This document shows, in pieces, positions 20,694 through 30,161 of a DNA stretch of 64,000 bases. The stretch is from an uncultured Muribaculaceae bacterium. Its GTDB lineage: Bacteria > Bacteroidota > Bacteroidia > Bacteroidales > Muribaculaceae. The position numbers and the translations under genes were made by a program. The stretch's first letter is position 1, and the number at the start of each line of letters is the position of its first letter. The notes under the pieces were generated by a model. That model worked only from the letters and a program-made list of their open reading frames with translations. It was not told where the DNA came from and did no database searches. The stretch spans positions 2,174-66,173 of the forward strand of contig CAJUDL010000014.1 of assembly GCA_910585285.1 (NCBI GenBank). Reading direction: 5' to 3'.

Positions 20694-21233
20694 TCACAGG
20701 GCGGTAAGTTCGCCGGTAACAGAATCAAGGATGTAACCGCGCACAGTTATGTCTGCCGGCATAAGAGGATGATTCTTCACTAAATCCACGGTCTCGGCTA
20801 CCGCCGCGTCTGTTTCTTCAAATCCATGCAGCCATTCTCGGAGATTAATGCCACAATGCTCCATCAGCGTGATATGTTCTTCTGATATTCCTCGTTTACG
20901 CATTAGCGAAAGCATCTCATTAGCATCCATCCCCTGCACCCCACAATTGGTATGACCAATAATCATTATCTCATTCACACCAAGTTCATATACGGCAACA
21001 AGCAAGGACCTGACAGTAGAATCAAATGGATTGGTAATAGTTCCTCCGGCATTTTTTATCATCTTCACATCTCCATTCTTTATACCTAATGCCGCCGGTA
21101 ACAACTCTACAAGACGGGTGTCCATGCATGTTACAATTGCTATGCGCTTATCAGGATATTTCGATGTTGCATACTTCTCATATTCCTTCCTGGCTACAAA
21201 CTCGCGATTAAATTCAAGAATCGAATCTATCAT
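20694..21233 (-). CDS. Beta-class carbonic anhydrase
   Basis: CMDTRL, KNAGG, HTNCG zinc ligands. Confidence 0.93.
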   Translation of the reverse strand: MIDSILEFNREFVARKEYEKYATSKYPDKRIAIVTCMDTRLVELLPAALGIKNGDVKMIKNAGGTITNPFDSTVRSLLVAVYELGVNEIMIIGHTNCGVQGMDANEMLSLMRKRGISEEHITLMEHCGINLREWLHGFEETDAAVAETVDLVKNHPLMPADITVRGYILDSVTGELTAL

Positions 21234-21500
21234 ACCTCAACAATTTAAATGATTTTTTAAGATAAAAATTTCCATGCAGGATAGAATCATCCTGCATATC
21301 TATGGTATCTACAAATTTACATCATTTAAATAAATATCGCAAACCGAATCTGTAACTATTTTATTTCTATCATCTTTACACCCAAAATCAATAATTGGCA
21401 CACCACAATAATCTGAGGCGCGCCAATTATCCTTTACCCTATCACCTATAACCTATAACCTTTTCGTAACCTCTTTCCTTCACGTAATACTCCCATGGGA

Positions 21501-21977
21501 TTAGCGTGTCAGATTTGCAAACGGCAGCTTGCCGTGAGTATCGAAGAAATCTTTCAACATTTCGGATTCGACTTTGTGCGGATCCTCTGTCGTCGGAAGT
21601 TCCTTCCATGCGATAAGAAGGTTGTCAGAATCGGCAAGTTGCCACAGATATCTTCCGCCCCAGTGACCAATATTCTTACCGGAGGCAAATTGTAGCAATT
21701 GTCGGATTCTTCTTTTAAGATTATTCCCTTTGCCAATATACATTATACGGCTTGAACCTACATAGTTCGCTTCAAGTTCCTCTATGCCTACATTGGGATT
21801 TTTACCTTTAAAAAATCCGCCTGTGCCTTTCTCAAGAAATTCCGGAGCATCTTCAGTGTCTCGGACAACTACATATACTCCTCCAACCGGAGGAATACAT
21901 TCATGATTTGATTTCAGGTTTTCCACACTTGTAAAACCTTTGAATCCATTCTCTTGTAATACTTTAATCTCTTCCAT
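21501..21977 (-). CDS. Small GIY-YIG-superfamily nuclease-like protein
   Basis: GVY...YIGK..NLKRRI (Arg), HKVES (Glu), PFAN (Asn) in GIY-YIG order. Confidence 0.65.
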   Translation of the reverse strand: MEEIKVLQENGFKGFTSVENLKSNHECIPPVGGVYVVVRDTEDAPEFLEKGTGGFFKGKNPNVGIEELEANYVGSSRIMYIGKGNNLKRRIRQLLQFASGKNIGHWGGRYLWQLADSDNLLIAWKELPTTEDPHKVESEMLKDFFDTHGKLPFANLTR

Positions 21978-21995
21978 ATAGTTTATTTTTAGTTA

Positions 21996-22153
21996 TTCAA
22001 CTTTCGCAAGCGAAAAGTTGAAGTTTATAAGTTTATCGCGCAGTGCGCAGTTTATAAGTTTATTGGTTTGTCGCGAAATTATTTCAGAGTCAAACCAGAT
22101 AAACTTTTAAACTTATAAACTCTTAAACTTTAAGTTGAAGCTTGCGAAACTTA
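21996..22153. repeat. Palindromic AAGTTTAT-octamer element, family A, copy 1
   Basis: Terminal hairpin ttcaacttt-cgcaagcga-aaagttgaa plus inverted octamer arrays; second copy at 55651-55780. Confidence 0.8.
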
Positions 22154-22155
22154 AA

Positions 22156-23076
22156 TTAGTTATTGCGTTTAGCGCAGATCTCACATATGTTTTTTATGCG
22201 TTCACGCAGATGCAATGGGCTTATTACTTCCAAGGAATTTGCTCTTGAAAGTAGAGCCATTACAAAATCGTTAGTGATACGCAAATTCAATTCTATTCTA
22301 AATTCATTTTCATTATCCACTAAAATACGTTGGGAATGGTGTAATGGAACGCCTTTTAAAAATTCCCCATCGAGTTGACTGAAGCGTAATTCTATTTTCT
22401 CAACAGGTATCTCCGGCGCATTCCATATCCCATAACTGTCATCAAACATATCCGAAGCGGAAATACTCGAATCATATTTATAAGTGACCCCGGTAAATTC
22501 CAAATCTGAAATACGATCAAGTCCAAACAATTTAATCTTTCCATCTGTCTTGCCGATGAGATACCATCGCTGCTGATTTTCTTTTAAGAAATACGGTTCA
22601 ACTTCGTACTTAGCTTCTTTATTTCCATGTCTCACGAGCTTATAGGAAAATGAAACCGTCTCCCGTTTTTTAGCAGCCATCAAAAGAGGATACAGATTAG
22701 ACACGCCCTTACCTCTGTGATGATCCGGATAGATGAAACTGTTTATTTTAGTGTCCGGTTGAACCGCAGTCAACAAATCAAAATCAGAAAAAAGTTTTTC
22801 GAAGTCAAGTGGTGCATATTCATCCCGATTGACTATCATATAACCTTTATTCCGGACATTCTTGATGTCGATGTACATTATCTCTGAAATCGTTTGGATA
22901 TCACGCTGCAACAATCGTTTCCTAGCTCCATCTGTGGAGGGATACGGAATGTTGCGCCATCTGCATGACCGTTCCAAACGATTAAAAATAAAGTCAGTAT
23001 CGGCATGACCATGAGCTTCTTCAATAATACTCACGGTCACCATTAATCGTAAAAGTTGGGATATTGATGATTTCAT
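22156..23076 (-). CDS. WYL-domain transcriptional regulator (wHTH-WYL-WCX)
   Basis: RLLQRDI wHTH; VEPYFLKE..RWYLIG...FGLDRI; EVISPLHLRERI. Confidence 0.93.
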   Translation of the reverse strand: MKSSISQLLRLMVTVSIIEEAHGHADTDFIFNRLERSCRWRNIPYPSTDGARKRLLQRDIQTISEIMYIDIKNVRNKGYMIVNRDEYAPLDFEKLFSDFDLLTAVQPDTKINSFIYPDHHRGKGVSNLYPLLMAAKKRETVSFSYKLVRHGNKEAKYEVEPYFLKENQQRWYLIGKTDGKIKLFGLDRISDLEFTGVTYKYDSSISASDMFDDSYGIWNAPEIPVEKIELRFSQLDGEFLKGVPLHHSQRILVDNENEFRIELNLRITNDFVMALLSRANSLEVISPLHLRERIKNICEICAKRNN

Positions 23077-23080
23077 ATGG

Positions 23081-23117
23081 CAAAGTTAAAAAGCGAAAGC
23101 GACAATAAATGTCGCTT
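23081..23117 (-). promoter_or_regulatory. WYL gene promoter (-7 TAACTTTG) with palindromic operator AAGCGACA-N5-TGTCGCTT
   Basis: -7 element at 23088-23081, 4 nt before the ATG; perfect dyad at 23097-23117. Confidence 0.7.
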
Positions 23118-23171
23118 CAAAAAAATTTTCAATTCCAATAAAAAATTTTCCAACAAAAAGGAAGAATGTAT

Positions 23172-23214
23172 GCGCAGCCGGTTGAGTGAAGGCACCTTGG
23201 TGCCCCGTATGCCG
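23172..23214 (-). repeat. 43-bp dispersed repeat, family B, copy 1
   Basis: 37/43 identical to 55836-55878; directly after the ureD stop. Confidence 0.8.
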
Positions 23215-24171
23215 TTACCTCCACGGGAATTCGGGGGGAACGGGATGCCCCTTTACTTGCTGGCGCACGCGCGAGCAGAAGTCGCGGACAATCTTTTTTA
23301 CCGGTCCGGGTTCCATTCCCAATACTTTGAACAGCAGCCCTGCATCATTGGGAAGATGCGTGATGCCACAGGCAATCATCTTGTCGCGATCAATAAAGGC
23401 TTCTGTGGATTCATATATCTTGTCGGCATGTGCCTTGGGAGTCATGACAATCACGTTGGCAAAGACATCGAATCTGCCCATTATTCCCAATTGTCGCACT
23501 GGGGTTACATTCGGATCGATCACGAATTTCTCTCTGAAAAGCTGTTCACCGTCTGGACGCTCGCCATGGCTGCAAACAGAAAGTATGTCGTATTCAAACA
23601 GTTCACCTTCTTTATAGTATTTCCTCCCTCCCATGTAAATCTCCGAATAAAACAACGTTGCCGAGGAATCGACGCAAATGCGGGTGTCGGAAATAAAACG
23701 TGTGTGCCGACAAGGATAAATAGGTTCGGGCATGAATTCAAGATATGCACCTTCCTCCAGAACAATATTCTGAATCATTCCCGAATAATTATATCTCATT
23801 TCAGCAAGCTTGGTTGCAGCACCGGTTGAAATCCATGCTAACGCATTTTTCCTAACAGTGATGTCTTGCTGATAACGGTCTCCGTCGACATTCGGACCAC
23901 CTGACGACAGAATATAAAGACACGGCATCTGAGGCATCTCTTCATCAAAGTACAACTCTTGCTGGGCAATTAATGGCACACGACGGTCAATGTCGCGCAA
24001 GATACTTTTCCCGTCAGAATCCAACTCGAAACCGAGACGCAAATATCCGTGTTTGCCGGGAGCACCGACATACATCTGTTCGGGCTCTTGCAAATATCTC
24101 TGCATCTCTCGCGCTGATGAAAAATCCACCTCAGGCACGGAGGAAGTCTTAAATCTATCGTTCTTGATCAT
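23215..24171 (-). CDS. ureD: Urease accessory protein UreD
   Basis: SSGGPNVDGD, TGAATK, EFMPEP; last gene of the urease operon; start set at MIKND. Confidence 0.92.
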   Translation of the reverse strand: MIKNDRFKTSSVPEVDFSSAREMQRYLQEPEQMYVGAPGKHGYLRLGFELDSDGKSILRDIDRRVPLIAQQELYFDEEMPQMPCLYILSSGGPNVDGDRYQQDITVRKNALAWISTGAATKLAEMRYNYSGMIQNIVLEEGAYLEFMPEPIYPCRHTRFISDTRICVDSSATLFYSEIYMGGRKYYKEGELFEYDILSVCSHGERPDGEQLFREKFVIDPNVTPVRQLGIMGRFDVFANVIVMTPKAHADKIYESTEAFIDRDKMIACGITHLPNDAGLLFKVLGMEPGPVKKIVRDFCSRVRQQVKGHPVPPEFPWR

Positions 24172-24178
24172 ATGTCTA

Positions 24179-24802
24179 TCATTTATCGCTGTCAAACAGC
24201 GCCATCTTGAATATGAGGTCAACCAATTCCTCTATACCCTCTCCAGTCATGCAATTGGTAAACACAAATGGTTTGCCGGGACGCATGAGCTTCGAATCGT
24301 GATCCATCACTTCAAGCGAAGCATGCACGTAAGGAGCGAGGTCAGTCTTGTTGATCACAAGGATATCGCTCTGTGAAATGCCGGGACCATCCTTACGCGG
24401 AATCTTATCGCCGGCAGCAACGTCAATGACATATATAAAGAAGTCAACCAGAGCCGGACTGAACGTAAGAGTGAGGTTGTCTCCTCCCGATTCTATCAAC
24501 ACTATATCCGTTTCGGGAAACTTCTCTTCCATCTCCTCGACCGCTGCGATATTCATCGACGGATCCTCGCGCACAGCAGTGTGAGGACAAGCTCCCGTTT
24601 CCACACCAATAATCTTGTCTTCATGAAGGATACCCTTAAGCGTTTTGCGAACATGCTTGGCATCTTCCGTGGTTACAATATCATTAGTGATAATCAACAC
24701 CTTTTTTCCACGTTCAAGAAGACGCGGAGTTATCGCCTCAATAAGAGCCGTTTTGCCGGAACCTACAGGTCCCCCTATTCCTATTCTACAAGTCTGTGAC
24801 AT
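24179..24802 (-). CDS. ureG: Urease accessory GTPase UreG
   Basis: [25 protein letters not shown]. Confidence 0.98.
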   Translation of the reverse strand: MSQTCRIGIGGPVGSGKTALIEAITPRLLERGKKVLIITNDIVTTEDAKHVRKTLKGILHEDKIIGVETGACPHTAVREDPSMNIAAVEEMEEKFPETDIVLIESGGDNLTLTFSPALVDFFIYVIDVAAGDKIPRKDGPGISQSDILVINKTDLAPYVHASLEVMDHDSKLMRPGKPFVFTNCMTGEGIEELVDLIFKMALFDSDK

Positions 24803-24860
24803 CTGTCTGATAATGTTTAATGTGAAATGTTTAATGGAGAATGTGCAATAAAATTCATCT

Positions 24861-25565
24861 TTAATTCATGAACATTCGCATATTCCCTTTCTCATGGAGC
24901 GAAGCGAGGATATCAAGTTCGGGGAAGAATGCGTTCATATCTTTCAGTTCCATCTGTGAAGCCTCTTCATAGAGTTTTTCCACATTCTCCGAAAGATCGA
25001 AAAGTATCTTCTGTGTCTCATAATGAGATACCCTCACACAACGTAAAGTAGCTGAAAGCACCATGTTTATAACGCCATACTGATGTGCGCAAAAGAGCGC
25101 CTTCTCATCAACTCCGGCAGCTGCATATGCTATTCCCTGAGCCACAGGGAATGTGCCCGGCACCTTTTCCTCTTTTATATCCTGAAGCCATCGGCTCACA
25201 ATATCGTTGCTGAAAAGCTTCGCCATCAATTCCGCAAATTTCTTTCCCATTCGCTTCAGCATCATGCGTGCCTCATCATTCATCTTAAAGAGTATCAACA
25301 TTCTGTCAGCCTCCGCAATGGCATCGTAATCACCCCTTAGGAATGCTCGGTGTGCATGCAGCGCCGCCACTCCGTCGCTATATGCCGCTTGCAACGCCTG
25401 CGAAGCCGTGAAGGCATGAAGAGTCGGAGCATCGTGCACAAGATGTTCGAACGAGGCTGTCTCCAATCCATTGGAGAATGAGAACGTGCCTACAGGAAAT
25501 GTCGAATCAGTGAATTGCAGCAGTCGCGAAATCGCGGACATGTCTGCATCAGTGTGTATGCTCAT
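24861..25565 (-). CDS. ureF: Urease accessory protein UreF
   Basis: [17 protein letters not shown]-terminal HE...RMFMN. Confidence 0.95.
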   Translation of the reverse strand: MSIHTDADMSAISRLLQFTDSTFPVGTFSFSNGLETASFEHLVHDAPTLHAFTASQALQAAYSDGVAALHAHRAFLRGDYDAIAEADRMLILFKMNDEARMMLKRMGKKFAELMAKLFSNDIVSRWLQDIKEEKVPGTFPVAQGIAYAAAGVDEKALFCAHQYGVINMVLSATLRCVRVSHYETQKILFDLSENVEKLYEEASQMELKDMNAFFPELDILASLHEKGNMRMFMN

Positions 25566-26172
25566 GGGCTATTCCGTTTTCATCAAGATGAATATGAGAG
25601 GTTGGATGATGGTGATGCTCGCCAAGACCATGGCTGTCGTGACCGGCACCTCCGAAAAGACGGCGTATTTCGTGAGGAGCGAGATACGGAATGATCTCCA
25701 ATCCCTTCTGAAATTCATAAGTGATACCCTCAAGATTATGCGTCTCCATGACACTTAGCATAACCTTCTTGTCGACAGTGAGAGGGACATACACCTTGGT
25801 TCCTTTCACAACGGCTGGCCAATGCTGGTTGCCTATGGCATGACCCAATTCCACTGAGCGACGTATGATTGTATCATGATCCTTATCAGCCAAGGCACCC
25901 ATATCGATTACAAGCACCGGACTGAGCTCAATCTTAAGAACCGATGCCTTTTTGGTCTCAGAATCGTAGTCAATGACATCACCATCCACAACTTGAGTGT
26001 GTCTTTTCAAAGCAATAGGATACTCCGTGCCGCTGACACCTTTCCCGAGAAAACGGCTCTTCTGTGCCGTCCACTGGTCAAGGAAGATATAATCGATATC
26101 TGCATCATGGAGCTTTTCCTTCCATTCGGGATCTTTGTTCATGTTCCCGATAATTTCGGTATATACTTTCAT
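25549..26172 (-). CDS. ureE: Urease nickel chaperone UreE
   Basis: LGHAIGNQHWP and His-rich C-terminal tail. Confidence 0.93.
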   Translation of the reverse strand: MKVYTEIIGNMNKDPEWKEKLHDADIDYIFLDQWTAQKSRFLGKGVSGTEYPIALKRHTQVVDGDVIDYDSETKKASVLKIELSPVLVIDMGALADKDHDTIIRRSVELGHAIGNQHWPAVVKGTKVYVPLTVDKKVMLSVMETHNLEGITYEFQKGLEIIPYLAPHEIRRLFGGAGHDSHGLGEHHHHPTSHIHLDENGIAHEHTH

Positions 26173-26283
26173 AATTCGTAACCTTAGATATAGTAATTTC
26201 TATGGAATCAAGAGCTGGCAATATTTATCAGCTCCTATCTGACTTTATAACAATTCCCGTCGTGTTTTGCTTAATTAAATGTT

Positions 26284-26322
26284 AAAAAAATGTCGGATTG
26301 CCACGATAAGACAATCCGACAT
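26284..26322 (-). terminator. Intrinsic terminator between ureC and ureE
   Basis: atgtcggattg/caatccgacat stem with a T-run on the minus strand. Confidence 0.75.
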
Positions 26323-26345
26323 AAATTATATAATCAAAATCTTCG

Positions 26346-28064
26346 TTAGCTGAACCAGTAAAGTTGACCCAGCGAGAGCTCTTTTGCCGGCGGAACAGTC
26401 GCAGGATAGCCATCAACAGTAACCTCAAACGTCTCGGGATTAACTTCGATATTAGGAGTAGCGGTGTTGCGGAGCATGGACTCTTTGGTGAGCTGACGCA
26501 CACCATGAACTGGATATACAATACTCTTCAATCCATAATCCTCCTTGATTCCGGCTTCTACAGCAGCTCGACTCACAAATGAGATACGTGAGTTGAACAA
26601 TGCCTCTCCAAAAGCACCATACATCGGACGCATGATCTTAGGCTGCGGAGTCGTGAGCGAAGCATTCGTATCACCCATGTTAGCCCAGTTGATAAGACCA
26701 CCCTTGATCACCAGCTGAGGTTTCGTACCGAAAAATGCAGGCTCCCAAAGCACAAGATCCGCCATTTTACCTTTCTCGATAGAACCGAGCACGTCGGAAA
26801 TGCCATAACAGATAGCTGGGTTGATTGTAATCTTAGCGAGATAACGAAGCACACGGAAGTTATCGTTTGAATCTGAATCTTCGGGAAGTTTACCTCTTAC
26901 CTGCTTCATATACGAAGCCATCTGGAACGTTCTCATGAACGACTCGCCTACTCGACCCATTGCTTGAGAATCGGAAGAGACCATGGAAAGAATACCCAGA
27001 TCATGGAATACATTCTCAGCTGCCTGCGTCTCAGGACGCACACGGCTTTCAGCAAACGCAACATCCGACGGAATATTCGGATTCAGATTATGACAAACCA
27101 TAATCATATCGAAAAGCTCAGCCTGAGAGTTGATGCCGAATGGAAGAGTCGGGTTGGTGGACGACGGCAACACATTCATCAGCGACGCAACCTTCAGAAG
27201 GTCGGGAGCGTGACCACCACCTGCACCTTCAGTGTGGTATGTATGGATTGTTCTTCCATCAATAGCAGCAATGCTATCCTCCACATACCCTGATTCATTC
27301 AGGGTATCTGTGTGAATAGCCACCTGCACATCATAGTTATCAGCAACCGACATACATGTGCGTATCGCTGCCGGAGTTGCACCCCAGTCTTCATGAATCT
27401 TGAATCCGCAGGCTCCTGCCACCATCTCATTCTCGAGATTCTCGCGGCATGCGCAATTCCCTTTTCCTAAAAGACCGATATTGATTGGAAGAGCATCAAA
27501 CGACTGAAGCATTCTCTTAAGATTCCATGCTCCGGAAGTAATTGTGGTCCCATTTGTTCCATCAGTAGGACCCACTCCTCCACCTACAAGAGTCGTGATA
27601 CCGTTTGAAAGAGCATCATATGCCTGTTGAGGTGCACACATGTGAACGTGACCGTCAATACCGGCAGCTGTCAGAATCAGATGTTCTCCTGATATTGCAT
27701 CTGTTGAAGGTCCCGTAACAAGATCAGGAGAAACACCCTGCATCACATTCGGGTTACCAGCCTTTCCTATTCCTGCAATCTTACCATCCTTAATACCCAC
27801 GTCTGCCTTAACCACACCCAAAACAGGGTCAATAATGGTAACGTTAGTAATCACGAGGTCAAGACTTCCTGCACCTGAGGAGCATTCATTAGCGAGTCCC
27901 ATACCATCGCGCAGTGTCTTGCCACCGCCATAGACAGCCTCGTCACCAAATGTGCGAAGGTCTTTTTCTATCTCTACATACAGATCAGTGTTGCCGAGTC
28001 TGATTTTATCGCCCACGGTCGGACCGAAGAGCATATTGTTTTCTTGTCTTGATATAGTAGCCAT
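26346..28064 (-). CDS. ureC: Urease alpha subunit
   Basis: DGHVH, GFKIHEDWG, HTDTLNE, YHTEGAGGGH, MVCHNL, SSDSQAMGR: all Ni ligands present. Confidence 0.99.
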   Translation of the reverse strand: MATISRQENNMLFGPTVGDKIRLGNTDLYVEIEKDLRTFGDEAVYGGGKTLRDGMGLANECSSGAGSLDLVITNVTIIDPVLGVVKADVGIKDGKIAGIGKAGNPNVMQGVSPDLVTGPSTDAISGEHLILTAAGIDGHVHMCAPQQAYDALSNGITTLVGGGVGPTDGTNGTTITSGAWNLKRMLQSFDALPINIGLLGKGNCACRENLENEMVAGACGFKIHEDWGATPAAIRTCMSVADNYDVQVAIHTDTLNESGYVEDSIAAIDGRTIHTYHTEGAGGGHAPDLLKVASLMNVLPSSTNPTLPFGINSQAELFDMIMVCHNLNPNIPSDVAFAESRVRPETQAAENVFHDLGILSMVSSDSQAMGRVGESFMRTFQMASYMKQVRGKLPEDSDSNDNFRVLRYLAKITINPAICYGISDVLGSIEKGKMADLVLWEPAFFGTKPQLVIKGGLINWANMGDTNASLTTPQPKIMRPMYGAFGEALFNSRISFVSRAAVEAGIKEDYGLKSIVYPVHGVRQLTKESMLRNTATPNIEVNPETFEVTVDGYPATVPPAKELSLGQLYWFS

Positions 28065-28070
28065 GGCGGA

Positions 28071-28619
28071 TTATTTTTTTATTTCGTTATCTGTATATTC
28101 TGCTTCTGCCTCCTCTTCGGAAACAGTCTTGTAACCATATTCTCCAAGACGACGGATAGCTTCCGTGCGTTTCGGATAATATGTCGGAGTATCCTCAAGA
28201 CCTGTATAGCCGTTAACCAGATCATCAAAACCGATCACCCTGCGCTTGCCGGCATACGCCACAACTTCCACTTCCTTTTCCTCCCCCGGTTCAAAGCGAA
28301 TGGCAGTAGTAGCCGGAATGTTGAGATGACATCCGTAAGCTTTCGGACGGTCAAACTCAAGATAACGATTTGTCTCAAAAAAATGAAAATGAGAACCAAC
28401 CTGAATCGGGCGGTCACCAGTGTTGCGCACAACGAGTTTGGCTGTGCGGCGATTTGCATTATACTCGATGGGGGTGTCGGCGAGAATCACCCCGCCTACG
28501 GGAACATAATCCTTTGGTGTAAATCCAGGAGTATTGGGATAAGCGATATCCGGTTTTCCGGGGAATATTCCATCAGGCTGTGAATAAGTTTCCTGAGGTG
28601 TGTTTTTATTTGGATCCAT
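28071..28619 (-). CDS. ureB: Urease beta subunit with N- and C-terminal extensions
   Basis: [21 protein letters not shown]. Confidence 0.97.
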   Translation of the reverse strand: MDPNKNTPQETYSQPDGIFPGKPDIAYPNTPGFTPKDYVPVGGVILADTPIEYNANRRTAKLVVRNTGDRPIQVGSHFHFFETNRYLEFDRPKAYGCHLNIPATTAIRFEPGEEKEVEVVAYAGKRRVIGFDDLVNGYTGLEDTPTYYPKRTEAIRRLGEYGYKTVSEEEAEAEYTDNEIKK

Positions 28620-28639
28620 AGTATTATCTTTTTAATTAT

Positions 28640-28942
28640 TTATTTGATAGGATGGTGGATTGAGATCAGTCGCGAACCGTCGGTGAAGACTGCCTCTACC
28701 TGTAACAGCGAGATCATATCCGCCACTCCCGGCATAACCTGATCTTTTGTAAGCACCTGTGAGGCGTCATGCATGACTTCTTCAACTGTCTTTCCCTCTC
28801 TTGCTCCCTCAAGAGCCGAGCTTGTGATATAGGCTACAGCCTCGGGATAATTCAACTTAAGACCTTTCTGCAGACGTCGCTCAGCGATCATGCCAACCAT
28901 CAGAAGGGTAAGTTTGTCTTGCTCTTTGGGTGTGAAATGCAT
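28640..28942 (-). CDS. ureA: Urease gamma subunit
   Basis: [31 protein letters not shown]. Confidence 0.98.
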   Translation of the reverse strand: MHFTPKEQDKLTLLMVGMIAERRLQKGLKLNYPEAVAYITSSALEGAREGKTVEEVMHDASQVLTKDQVMPGVADMISLLQVEAVFTDGSRLISIHHPIK

Positions 28943-29111
28943 AATAATCTAAATTTTGATAAGGTTCAATCTATTCTTTATGACGCTCCTGACGTATCAG
29001 ACTCGCCATCATTAACATTTATTAAGTAAACAACATTTTACGCATGAAAGTTTACCTAAATTAATGCAACATCTTTTATTTATAATACTTCCAAATTAGA
29101 AATAGAAAGTG

Positions 29112-30119
29112 CTAAAATCTATGATTGCGCGACACCACAACATAATACAGCGTATAGAGTCCGAGCAAAACAAGGGTAAGCGAAACCGTGCTCCAGATCA
29201 CAAGCGAGAAAGCAGCTCCATCTGCATTCGCTATTCCGAAAAGCGACAAAGCAAACATCACGGCAAGATTCCACGGACCAAGTCCTCCATTACTTGGAAT
29301 CGCAATACTCATTGAGCCGAATACAAAAGCTATGAGTCCTGGCAGCAATCCCCATGCCATGCCGGATTCAGCCATAAGATGGCGTGTAAAAGGAAATGCA
29401 AGAAAGCCTATATATGTTTCAAGATAATAACACACCCAAATGCCCAATGTCAACCAGAGATAAGCCCAGCGCCCCTTCATGGTAAAAAGGACTTTGAAGC
29501 CCAGCCATATTCTTTTAAGAGAAACAATAAGCTTCTGCTCCCATGCTGTTTTTCTGAAAACATAAAACAATGCTATCCCGGAAGCGAGGACTGCGAATAT
29601 GCTTATCCAAAAATATGGATCGGAGACCATATGCAGCAATTTCTTGCCTACAGAATAATGATCCAAAAACGCAATAATATAGGAATGTCCTACGACAAGC
29701 GCAAGAATCAGGAGCAAGACCACTACCACAGCATCCGAAATGCGATCTCCTATATCGGTGCCAAGAACAGTTGATATCGGTTTATTCTGACGCTTTGCAA
29801 TATACACAATTCGCCATGCCTCTCCCATATAGGGAACAAGTAGATTCAAGGCATACGCTCCGAAAATTGAACAGCAAAGCGACATTGTCGGCACATTGCC
29901 TATGCCTGCGGCTCTAAGCTGATAGCCCCAGCGGATTCCACGGATGCAATGCGACAACACAACTATCACCATCACGACAAGGAGCCATCGGTAATCCACA
30001 TTTCCACGTATAATGGTCATTACCTGCTGGAAATTGACTTTTCTGAAAAGCCACCATATCAGAAGCACAGAAAAGACCAATGGAATCAAGAATTTCAATA
30101 TTTTCTTCACCCTCTCCAT
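29112..30119 (-). CDS. Lysylphosphatidylglycerol-synthase TM-domain (flippase-like) membrane protein
   Basis: Multi-TM protein; RGIRW, N...P..GE..R, PSNGGLGPW. Confidence 0.8.
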   Translation of the reverse strand: MERVKKILKFLIPLVFSVLLIWWLFRKVNFQQVMTIIRGNVDYRWLLVVMVIVVLSHCIRGIRWGYQLRAAGIGNVPTMSLCCSIFGAYALNLLVPYMGEAWRIVYIAKRQNKPISTVLGTDIGDRISDAVVVVLLLILALVVGHSYIIAFLDHYSVGKKLLHMVSDPYFWISIFAVLASGIALFYVFRKTAWEQKLIVSLKRIWLGFKVLFTMKGRWAYLWLTLGIWVCYYLETYIGFLAFPFTRHLMAESGMAWGLLPGLIAFVFGSMSIAIPSNGGLGPWNLAVMFALSLFGIANADGAAFSLVIWSTVSLTLVLLGLYTLYYVVVSRNHRF

Positions 30120-30161
30120 CTTGCCTTTTCTTTTATAATTTTGGAAACAGTTTAGTTGCTG

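Noticed and set aside
21996..22153. Possible CRISPR mini-array next to the WYL and nuclease genes
   Set aside because: Repeats are 8-mers in inverted arrays with no constant repeat-spacer period, and there are no cas genes.
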